The notes beneath the pieces are model-generated. The model was not told the DNA's origin. It made no database searches and saw only the letters and a program-made list of their open reading frames with translations. A stretch of 64,000 nt of DNA from Girardia tigrina (taxonomy: Eukaryota), in assembly GCA_001938485.1 (NCBI GenBank), contig MQRK01204567.1, positions 13,668-77,667 on the forward strand, written 5' to 3'. Made by a program: the position numbers and the translations under genes. Shown piece after piece: positions 53,755 through 64,000 of this stretch; the stretch's first letter is position 1; the number at the start of each line of letters is the position of its first letter.

Positions 53755-55021
53755 CAGTCAATTTTTTATTTTACGAAATTTTATTTAAAGAAAATGTCAA
53801 TATTACGAAAAATATATTTTAAAGGTCCACGAAATTGTGTTTTAATATACAGTTTAACGAAATTTTTTTAACGAAAGACTAAAACCCATGACTAGCCGAG
53901 TGAATAATCAAAAGCAAACAAGAAGACATGTAAGTATTGATGAAAAAATTAAAATTCTAGATTACAAGTTACTGAATCCCGATGTTACACAACTTGGATT
54001 GACAAAAAAATTTAATATTTCGCTTGGAACAATCAATTCAATATTAAAAAAGAGAAAGATCTACGGAATGCTTTTTTGTGCAAATTTATCTGGTCAAAAA
54101 GAAATACCATTACTAATTGGAAAGGCACAGAGACCACACGGGTTTAAACACTTGAATTTGAATGACCTTGGGTTGGATTATAAAATCAGCAAAAAGGCTT
54201 GGATGACAAGCACTATTTTCTTTAACTGGATGAATCAACTTAATGACAGAATGCAAAAAGAAAATAGGAAAATTTTATTAATACTGGACAATGCACCAGT
54301 TCATAATATCAACAGTACTTTCTCTAATGTTCAACTATACTTTTTGCCACCAACAACCACCTCACAGATTCAGCCGTTAGATCAAGGTATAATTCGCTCT
54401 TTCAAGGCCAACTATCGTAAGTTTTTCATGCGAAAATTAACATTGAATGATGAAAAAGATGGTACATGCTATGCAAATTTGCTTAAAAACACAAAACTTA
54501 AAGATATTTTATCGTTGATTATTGAAGCATGGAATTGTGTGAGTGCCGAAACAATCACAAACTGTTTTAATAAAGCATTTAACAATTGGTCAAAAAATAC
54601 AGTTGACATAATAGATGATGATATTGAAGATACTCAAGAAAATAAACTTGATGTTGACTTTCCAGCTTGCAATGAATACATCGAACATGATGATTTAAAC
54701 AGTGAAGAAATTTGCATAGATGAAATACAACCAACCGAAGAAAAAGTCTCAGAGGAAGAGGAAGAGAAAGAAAAACTAGTTAGTTATAATGAGGTGATCT
54801 CAGATATTAATTTAGTGGAAGCTTATATGCTGCAAAACAGTTGTACTGATTTTATTAATCTTGGAAAAGTTAAAGAAGATATTATGAAAACAAAAAAAAG
54901 AAAAGGTATGAAAATCACGGATTATTTTAATAAAAAAATTCAATAAATTTCTGAATTTTCGTTATTTTTTTTACGAAAGACCAAAATCCGTGTAAATTGA
55001 TTTTCGTTAAACCGAACTTTG
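53755..55021 (+). mobile_element. pogo/Tigger element with in-frame internal deletion
   Basis: TA|CAGT start, repeated T(T/A)ACGAAA subterminal motifs, degenerate right TIR. Confidence 0.75.
53888..54946 (+). CDS. 352-aa deleted Tigger/CENP-B-like transposase (first HTH fused to a partial DDE domain)
   Basis: KKAWMTSTIF, LDNAPVH with 30 residues to QPLD, acidic tail. The second HTH and the NxDETG motif are absent. Confidence 0.85.
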   Translation: MTSRVNNQKQTRRHVSIDEKIKILDYKLLNPDVTQLGLTKKFNISLGTINSILKKRKIYGMLFCANLSGQKEIPLLIGKAQRPHGFKHLNLNDLGLDYKISKKAWMTSTIFFNWMNQLNDRMQKENRKILLILDNAPVHNINSTFSNVQLYFLPPTTTSQIQPLDQGIIRSFKANYRKFFMRKLTLNDEKDGTCYANLLKNTKLKDILSLIIEAWNCVSAETITNCFNKAFNNWSKNTVDIIDDDIEDTQENKLDVDFPACNEYIEHDDLNSEEICIDEIQPTEEKVSEEEEEKEKLVSYNEVISDINLVEAYMLQNSCTDFINLGKVKEDIMKTKKRKGMKITDYFNKKIQ

Positions 55022-55904
55022 TAATTTAAATGAAATATTTTTCAAATAAATTAAAGCATAAACCACGTAATTTTTGTAATATACTTTTATTTAAAAATTA
55101 TTCTTCATAGTGAATTTTAAATAAAATTTAAATAAAATAATTTTAAGTTAAAAATGCAAAATTGATTAATTTTCAACGAGTACTTAAATATTTTAAAATT
55201 AATTAAATATTTAATGTTATTATAGTAGTAGTATTCTATATCACTATGTATACTAATTGTATTTATAGCAAAACTACTATATATACATATATATGTATAT
55301 ATCTTGACATACTTGTATAAATATTTATATTTATTTTCTTTTTTGATGAATGAATCTCGATATTTCAATCGGTAAAAGTGTTATTAATTATTTCAGGATT
55401 GATATTTTTTTATAAATAAATCAAAAGATAAATCAGAAAATTACGACAAAAGTGATATTGTAAAAAATATATATAATTAAATAACAGAAAAATACTAGCT
55501 AATCGATATTGGCTAAGGCAATAATGAATATAGAGTGGTATATAAGAATATATTTAAATTTCAAAAGATCCAAAAATAATCAAATTACAAAAATCCTTTG
55601 ACAAAGACTTGAATTCAGCTTGGCTTTTTTGCAGTCCATTTGTAGGCTAAACCAAGTTACTCAAACGATAGCCTCGTGACTGTAGCAATCTCTTTCTTTT
55701 ACAAAATTCCGATAAAATGTCCCGAACACCAAATGGCTTTAAAAAGTGAATTTAAGGTTTTCCTTAGAAAAAGAGAACCATAAGAAAATCCAAAATATTC
55801 TTTGCAATTTGCTTAAACGAATAATTTTGGTTTGTCTGACTAATTAAAATTTGACAATAATAACCTCAATAAATTTAAGGTATTTTAAAAATGTTTATCA
55901 CTTC

Positions 55905-56140
55905 TATTAAGAACACCAACATGGGTTTTCGAACTTTTATTTTCAATACAGTCAGAATTGTCTTTTGGACAACTCTCAGCAAAGCTTTCGTAATTCGACA
56001 TCGTTCTAAATTGATAAATTTTAGTTAGTGTTTTTTAATAAACAATTATTCAAAATGTGTTTCTCCCACCCAGATGGAAAATTGATATTTTGGATGTTCA
56101 CGATGAATAATTATTTTAAAATATTATTTAAAGTCTTTTT
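55905..56140. mobile_element. Rearranged LTR: U5 end on minus joined to U3 segment on plus
   Basis: 55905-56052 matches 9591-9738; 56055-56090 is the reverse complement of 10025-10060. Confidence 0.75.
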
Positions 56141-57674
56141 AAAATCTTTTCTTTTCATTAAGTGCATATAGTATAAGTTATTAAAAAAAACGATTTTTAG
56201 CCGCTTTTATCTGGGTACCGAAATTGTCATTTAGTGTCGTCGAAAGGTTTTAACTTAATGAGGGCTTTATCTCGTTCACCTTCCATTTTGATTGCAAGGA
56301 CTTTTCTCACACAGGCTTTCATTGCGTGCAAACACAAAATTCAAGAAGTCTTTGAATTTCACCAAATTTTATTGTTGTAAAGTGCGTTTCGAAAAGTCAG
56401 TACTCAAACTTCATTCTTTATTATTTTTTCATAGATTGAGAGTAAGAATCAAAGTGATAATATTTTGATGTCATTTACAATGATTCCATAACATCGTCTT
56501 TTATCAATACACTATGTTATTACAAGCTTAGAATGATCGAAACATTTTTATTCTTATAAATGTTTTATAATTAAAACTGTTTAGGGAAATAAATAACTAA
56601 AAATTAAAAAGGGCTCTTAGAACACGTTTGTGACCATGAATGCTCTCAGTGGCCGTCATTTTGGTCATTCAACCTTACGAAGATTTTAAATTTTATCAGT
56701 TTATTTCTGTTTTCATAATGTTTTTGTTCGTTGAATCCTTTTTGTTGAATATGGTTTAACTTAAATTTTCTTTCTTAAATTTTGTATTATTTGACAGACT
56801 TATTTGTTAAGTAGCAATCGCTAATACAACCACTAAACATAGCGTTTGTCAGTAATCCATGATGCTTGTAACCCGTGAGAGATTACCCAAAATATTATTT
56901 AAAATTTAGATCATCTTTAATAAATTTTATAAAAATAAAATGGAATTTTTCCTAAGTAACCGCACGGTCTTATTTCCTGTTGTAACTCAAATATTCTGAT
57001 GATAAACAAGATCAATCAACATTTGTAGGAGCAAAGAAATCAACTCAGTGGAAATAAATCATTTTATTAATCAAAAATAACAAGAGTATTCTTTCTAGGG
57101 TTTCGATATTTTTAATGAATTTTCTAAAAAATAATTAAATTCTCATAATTCTTTATTAAAAATAGATGTCAAAGATAGCATCAATTGTTAATGAATGATA
57201 TCTTTATTATTAATAGTTGTGTTTTTATTATTGTTAGGAGTTCTTTTTGGTAAACTGTAAATATTTGATATTTTTAAATTAAAAATCGTATTTATATTTG
57301 AGATAAATTAAAAATAATGTTCTACTAATTAAAATGAAATAAGGTTTCATAAAAAAATATGGTTTATAGGTAATAATTGAATTGAATTTTTACAGGACAT
57401 GTCCATTAAAATATTTTTAAAGATCTAAATTTATATTTCAATTAATAAATATTGTAAAAATTAATAAAACAAAAACAAAATATGATTTATGAAAAATTGA
57501 ATAAAATAACATATATATATATATACATCGATATTATTATTTATATTTAGAATTTTAAAGTCTGGTTTATGTAACTGAAATATTGTTCCTCATAAATTTG
57601 TTTGAATAATGAAATTTGTATTAGAAATAAAGTTTGCGAATAATGACTTTGGATTTTAATCACAAACCCAATAA

Positions 57675-57679
<5 letters not shown>

Positions 57680-57720
<41 letters not shown>

Positions 57721-57777
57721 NNNNNNNNNNNNNNNNNNNNNNNNNNNNNNNNNNNNNNNNNNNNNNNNNNTATATAT
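57680..57777. repeat. (TA)n microsatellite with gap
   Basis: Direct reading. Confidence 0.9.
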
Positions 57778-57817
57778 TTCGAAAATATAATTTGATTAAA
57801 GCTTTTTTAATACAACT

Positions 57818-57859
57818 ATTGGACATGTTTCGATTTTTAAAAAAATCATCATCAGCAAT
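57818..57859 (-). ncRNA. Minimal type I hammerhead ribozyme with canonical GUC site
   Basis: AUUG-CUGAUGA-U-GAUUUUU uu AAAAAUC-GAAA-CAUG-UC-CAAU. Confidence 0.82.
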
Positions 57860-58048
57860 TTTCTATTGAATTGTTTGAATAATACAATTACGAATACTAA
57901 AAAATACAAATAATTTATAAATTCAGTTACATGAATGAATACAGACCTCAAGGATTCGGTTTGTCGTCTTAGTTTTCATTTGAGTCTCTAAAATACTTTT
58001 TTAATATTAAAAAAAGTGACATTTCTTTAAAACGATACTAAAAAATAG

Positions 58049-58281
58049 GTACCCCGGCAAATGTACGGACGACAAAAAAGCGATTTCAAAACCGATATTT
58101 TTACACATTAAGTAATTACAAAATTGGTAAATAAATATAAATTTACGGACATGAAATTGTTAATACTAAAAATATGTTTGAAATATAAATTTTTTGTTCA
58201 AATATATTAAATTGCTAAAAAGTTACTCGTTCATTGTGTAATTCGTTTTCGCGTATTTGTCGGCGCGAATTTGTCGGGTTA
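58049..58281. mobile_element. Mutator-like MITE, degenerate
   Basis: Imperfect TIRs built from CGACAAA repeats. Confidence 0.5.
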
Positions 58282-58851
58282 TGAAAAAAATTCAAAATTA
58301 CAAAATTAAGATAAAATGAATAATTATTGTTTAATTTAAGCAGTGAAACAGGACAATTTATAAAAAAAAGGTTTTTAGATTTAACTAAGAAATGATTGTT
58401 CTCTAGTATTTTGTCAACCGTTAAATGCGACTTCCGTCAATCTCTCGGACAACGTTTTGAAAAAGACCAAGACGAAAACGAATTCCGGGGAGGACTCAAA
58501 TGTTTCGTGATTCGCGAAAGACATTGATAGCATAAAAAAATTTCCCGTTCAATATATTCTAAACACTCAATTTTCCCCCTTTTTCAGTTCAAATGAAATA
58601 ATTGTTAATCGAGAAGAGAAATGAAGGATAAGCATGACGGATCGAACATGATTTCCCAATTTAGTTGGCATAATTCCTTATGTGTCACTATAGAATTACT
58701 ATGACTCTTCTTGTACATCCTTATAGGATATTTTATTAAATTTATAAGTTTCACTGAATGCGATTAGTACCGCCTTTTCGATTTACTCAGGTCAGAATAT
58801 TTTAATGATTGGATTTCATTTACGATAAGTAATAACAGACATTTTTAATTA

Positions 58852-59400
58852 TTGGGTTGGAAACTAAGTAATTGCCGATTTTAGATATAAAGATTTTGGG
58901 ATTTGAAAGGTACGGTGTATTTTGAGCTGCTTTAAAGGAATGAAGCCATTAACCGGAGGTATACTGAAGGAACCTGGACAAATTGAATGCAGCAGTCAAG
59001 AAAAAGTGACCAGAATCGGTCAATCGTAAAGGTGTTATTTTTCATCAGGATAATGCTAGGCCTCACACATGTTTGGCAATTCGGCAAAAATTGATTGATG
59101 TTAGTTCGGGATTGATTTCGTACCTACCAGATAGTGTTGATCTTGCGCCATCGGATAACTACTTATTTCGATCCCTGGATAACTTTCTTCGAGGTAAAAC
59201 GTTCAATGATAATGACGCTATTAAATCTCACATAACTCAGTTTTTGGCTGTAAAGGATCATACTTTCTACGAGTGTGGAATTTCAAAGTTGTCAAAGAGA
59301 AGGCAAAAGGTAATCGAATAAAATGGAAAAGTTCATTCTAACTAAAAAAACCTTTTTTATTTCATTGAACAAATCATCAATTATTTAGTTGCCAACTCAA
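58852..59400 (+). mobile_element. Internally deleted mariner (mellifera subfamily-like, 549 bp)
   Basis: TIR TTGGGTTGG(A/C)AACTAA(G/A)TAATTG; TA TSDs; HQDNARPH with 34 residues to APSD. Confidence 0.92.
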
Positions 59401-59859
59401 TATTCACAATTTGATTTGTCAGACAAAACTTGATATTCTTTACTACTTCTGAAGAGGATGTTCTTCTTCTTTTTCTAACCTTTTTTTAATATAATAATCA
59501 ACTTTGTAATTGAAAATAACAATTATGAATAAAGAAACGAAAGACATTTAAAGGAAAATGATTACAAGTAATATTTTCGAAACATTCATTTTTAGAAGTG
59601 TTGATTGAAAAGATACTAAAAATAAATATTATTAAAGTATGAATTTGTACAATAAGCTCTGGTAGGAACAATTAAATAGTGTCAAAACATAATACAAGTA
59701 AAACAATCTACAAAATTATCTCAATTTTTACATCAAATGCTCTCTGATACTCAGTGTCCTCTTCTAGTCTTGAATACTCTTCCAAGATTGTCTTCTTTTC
59801 TGATGACCGATATTGTCTTTCGTCTCATTAAAACAAATATATTATTTTACTGATTACAT

Positions 59860-60300
59860 TTAAACAAAGGTCGATTGTTCTTTTGGATAAGTTACAGCAT
59901 ATGTATCTATTTTTTCATTTTTTTTAGACTGACGTCGAATATCAGGAGTTTTCAGTTGAGAAGTCTCCACAGCAAAGCTTTCTGCTAGGTCAGACTTCAA
60001 ACAAGGGTTTGAGGAAAATCTTTCTTTGGGATTTTCATTGTACTTTTCGTCAGTAATTAATGGAGATGGATCAATATTGTTCATTATACGATGACAAATG
60101 GTAATGTCTTGGTTTAAATTGTTGGGAATTGTTTTGATTCTGGAATCATAGAAATTGTTACCATTCGAAGTGGAAACAATTGGAATCATAAAAGAATCCT
60201 CACAGGGTGTACTGGATGGATGATGGTAGAATAGTTGATCGTAATTGTAGCTTTGAGTTGACTTTTGGTTTAAAAAGGGGGGAGAATAATGTTGGTATTC
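59860..60300 (-). CDS. Candidate host-gene exon, unknown product
   Basis: Strong acceptor TTTTCTTTTTTTTTCAG followed by about 146 stop-free codons; no TE motif recognised. Confidence 0.45.
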   Translation of the reverse strand, partial: EYQHYSPPFLNQKSTQSYNYDQLFYHHPSSTPCEDSFMIPIVSTSNGNNFYDSRIKTIPNNLNQDITICHRIMNNIDPSPLITDEKYNENPKERFSSNPCLKSDLAESFAVETSQLKTPDIRRQSKKNEKIDTYAVTYPKEQSTFV

Positions 60301-61099
60301 TGAAAAAAAAAGAAAATATAGCACTTTTGTATTTTACAAAATATATGTATTTTACAACAAAAACATGTAAGGAATAGCAATTTGATCGTTTATATTCAAG
60401 TCAATTACTAACGTATTTACTTAAATGTTGTTTATTTTGAGGAACAACCCCTTTGGATTTTTTCTAACAAATTTATAGTCTGATATAGTTGTAAATTTTG
60501 ATGAATTTTAATACACTAAAACTAAAAATGAAAATTCTCTTAAAAATGAATTCCAGAAAACTATATGGCACAAATGGGTCTAAACGTCTCTTGATACACT
60601 AAGGCAATTGCTTCATCATACACATTATACATGATGTTCCATACGTTACTACTTTGCAGATTTATGGTTTGATTGAGTGTACACAGTCATTCTTTAACTC
60701 TTGAAGGGCCGTAAATGAGTTATCTCTTTCTGTGTTTCCGCACGAGTAACACCGCTCATACAAAATAAGCGAGTTAAACGCTATTCTTCGTCCTGTTTTA
60801 CTAGCTAAGATCGAATATTTTAACCGATACAATATCTTAAACCTAAAGTGACATCTCTTGGAATGATAAATCTATATAATCGATAAATCCATACTAAAAT
60901 ATCGCAGCATCTAATGAGTTATTTACCATTAAAAACATGTCTTCGTGTGCTATATTTTAGTTTTATATTGCATTTTAACTGATATCAGAGCTTCGTCAAT
61001 TGAGTTTCGTGATTGAGTATCAGCATAGTATCTTGAAAATTACCAGTCCAATATTGAACCACTTGAATGTCGGTGACAATAAATAGGCAAGGAAAACAT

Positions 61100-61600
61100 T
61101 CTAAATCACACAAATTATGGGCAAGCCTTGTATCCAAGTCAAGAATGGAGGAGTGAACACTGATATTGTTGAACAAATCTTGAATGCTGAGCCAACAATA
61201 AGGCGAGTTTGTGATCAATTGAAAATGCTACAGATTGTGTTTGCCGAATTATTCTTCAAAATTGAAAACAAATCCCTGAAGCCAACGCGTGCTCGGTATA
61301 TATCTCTTGATAACCGGATCAACAAAGTTAATTTCTAAAATGCTTATAACCTGGGTTTCTGGATTAGGAAAAATCCATACATTCGGAATCAATCAAAACA
61401 GTACCCATAATTGTTATGATTTTAACTGCGAAGTAATCATCCATTGTTGGGATATTCAGGTGCTTCAAAAATACTTTGTCTCGGAGTAGTTGAATAGAGG
61501 ATTCTATGGGTGCTATCATTTTAAACCAGATGGTGCTCCACCTCATACTGCCATACATATTTGAGCATGACTTATGAAAATGCATTTTGGAGAATTATTA
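61100..61600 (+). mobile_element. Tc1/DD41D-like relic
   Basis: FKPDGAPPHTA motif and a decayed N-terminal region. Confidence 0.55.
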
Positions 61601-61765
61601 AGAAAAATGTTGTGACTCCAATAGAAAGATGCTCAAACGAATGCCTTCGAACTATTTAAAAGGTTTTTAGACAGTTCAGTTTGGAATCGTTTTCTAATAT
61701 TCATGAGTACACTTTTCATACTTTGTTTTTGTATATTGAACTTCTTTTATTAAAGCTTGATATTA

Positions 61766-62110
61766 TCTTTATAATAGAATTATGATTTCTGTCTGTCATT
61801 CTGTCTCTGTGACGTTCCTGGTGTTCAGTAAAACAAATTTAATTGTTTTTATTAAAAAAGTGCACCGACACATTTAAGTTATTATTTCGGATCTGCCCCG
61901 ACGCATATGAATTTCGATACAGATTCGGAGGAAAATCGATCTCCATCACGGATGCGATTCCATACTGCCCCGACATAGAAATATCATCATTTTGGATTTG
62001 CCCCAGCATACATTGATTTTAAAATTTTAAAATAATCATGTAAATATTAATAATAATGGATTTAGTTAACAAAAATAATTGCCAGACCTGGCGAAACGGG
62101 TTCACCCTAG
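61766..62110 (+). mobile_element. Non-autonomous Helitron
   Basis: A|TC start, subterminal hairpin ACCTG-GCGAAA-CGGGT, CTAG|T end, no TSD. Confidence 0.8.
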
Positions 62111-62465
62111 TAATAAATAAATGATAATTATCCTCAATTTCTGATTTAAAATTGATATTTTTATTTGATTCTATTGATTTTCATTGTAATAGTAAATAAA
62201 TGATTTATTGGTAAAAATTTTGAAACGTCGTTACTTTTGGAACACAATGTTTTGAAAATAAATAAAAACGTCACAATGTATAAAATATGATAAAATTACT
62301 TACAAAAGTTTGCAGCATTGTCACAATAAATTAACATTTCCTTTACAGCTCCATCAAGAGTGTAACTATCGTCAATATAGGAATATATAATGTCTTAAAC
62401 TTAAGATATGTGATTGAACAATTACGAAACCGGAATATATTAAAAAGGTGTAACATATTTTAAAT

Positions 62466-62504
62466 ATTTATTAATTTCGACGGTTTAACCGTCATCGTCA
62501 GAAC
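62466..62504 (-). ncRNA. Minimal hammerhead ribozyme of a PLE
   Basis: GUU-CUGACGA-U-GACGG uuaaa CCGUC-GAAA-UUAA-UA-AAU. Confidence 0.75.
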
Positions 62505-63061
62505 AAATGATTTTTTAAACGAAATTTACCTATATAGTGCAGTTAATGATTATGCAATCAATACGTAATCAGTACATCATTTAAAAACTCTCAACAAAGT
62601 TGTAGAGAGTGCAGTTTGAACGTTAATTTTGGGATCCAAAGATCTTATATATAACGCTTCACATGTCACTCTCTCCCAATAATTTTTAAATTGAGTGCAC
62701 AGAATTTTAAAGTGTTGTGAAGTTATATCTCCTTTACAATGTCTTCTATGNNNNNNNNNNNNNNNNNNNNNNNNNNNNNNNNNNNNNNNNNNNNNNNNNN
62801 NNNNNNNNNNNNNNTGAAGTCTCTCCAATGTATGTGGCGTTACACCCATTACATGTATATTGGTAAATGAGATCCGAACACAATCCCAATGGCGTTGGAG
62901 ATTTATTGCCGAACATGCTTTCAATTTTCTGAGTTGAGAGTTTTTAAATGATGTACTGATTACGTATTGATTGCATAATCATTAACTGCACTATATAAGT
63001 AAATTTCGTTTAAAAAATCATTTGTTCTGACAATGACGATTAAACCATCGAAATTAATAAA
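62467..63061 (-). mobile_element. 5'-truncated PLE with inverted pseudo-LTR
   Basis: GIY-YIG motif LIYQYTCNGCNATYIGETS and CEALYIRSLDPKINVQ; 62467-62595 is inverted at 62933-63061. Confidence 0.9.
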
Positions 63062-63229
63062 CGTTTTCAATTGGCTTTCAAGTTTTGATTTTAATAACTT
63101 GCCAATTTTATTTCAATTTATACACAAATATTTTAAATATTATTTTATTTTTACATTAGAAACTAGTAATTGAAAAATGTCAATTTAAAATTGATTTTTT
63201 AATTTATATTTAGTAGGACTGATGTTTTT

Positions 63230-63720
63230 AACGCACAGAGACGAGAAAGACCAGTTAAAATTAATCAAAATAGTTTAGTGAAACATCGTGAAGAAATTAT
63301 CAAAACCTAAGGAAGGATCATAGTGAAGGTGTTTGAAGACAGTATGGATATTAGCAAAGGGAAAGCACATAAAGTGCCTCAAATCTTTAGTATACTGAGA
63401 ATGATTTCTATTCAATAGTGTTAATTCAGATAAGAGCTCGCTAAGACCCTATCTACCTGGTAGCAAGAAGGACTAGTCAAAATGAGAAATCATCACTGAA
63501 AGTGATGTCTGAAAACAATTCAACGATAAGTCTCTGTTGACTGAGTCTTGAGACAGCCATGGCCCAAGAAACTTGATTTAGCTGACAAAACAGTAAGATT
63601 GAAAGGTTCCTGCAATGCATCACTCAATCTCTGCATAGAAAGTCAGAGGCTCTCCATTTTGGCTGAGTTTTCAGTATAAGTAGTGAGATAATGGCTCCTA
63701 AGTTTAGAAGAAAACGTATG
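63230..63720 (+). mobile_element. Possible mariner relic
   Basis: RIIVKVFEDSMDISKGKAHKV resembles the second mariner HTH. Confidence 0.35.
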
Positions 63721-64000
63721 TTGTTAACTGCAGAATGTTTTCACGCAGTCCGGATATTTAATTGTCGAACCACATATTTTAGTTTTTCGTATTCTAAACC
63801 ATATTATTTTATTTATTTTAGATAATATTGTGGTACGTATAACAAACAATGGAGTTATAAATAAATCATATTACCTGATGTTTCACATAACAAACCGATT
63901 ATAATTAGTTTTCATTGAATATTTATTTTTATAATATTCTTAATAATTATTTATATGATTCCATCATTTCAATATATGAATAAGTTATGAAAGTATAATA

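Overview
AT-rich eukaryotic (metazoan) intergenic or intronic DNA from a gapped assembly. The TE mix fits a planarian-like invertebrate, which is an inference. The window is mostly transposon debris. DNA transposons include many mariner/Tc1 relics (D,D34D, DD41D), two pogo/Tigger elements, hAT, Chapaev3, piggyBac, Ginger-, Mutator- and pogo-type MITEs, and a Helitron. Retroelements include an RTE-like LINE, six Penelope-like element (PLE) relics with minimal hammerhead ribozymes, and about 14 LTR copies of one Ty3/Gypsy family. In that family the LTR U5 region encodes a short, usually Cys-containing peptide. It ends in the same phase in every subfamily, and in the one copy attached to internal sequence it reads through the PBS into gag. 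The LTR's last dinucleotide varies CA/TA as a silent Asn codon change, giving TG...TA solo LTRs with 5-bp target-site duplications (TSDs). No complete host gene is recognisable; the best candidate exon is 59860-60300 (-). All coordinates were read by eye.
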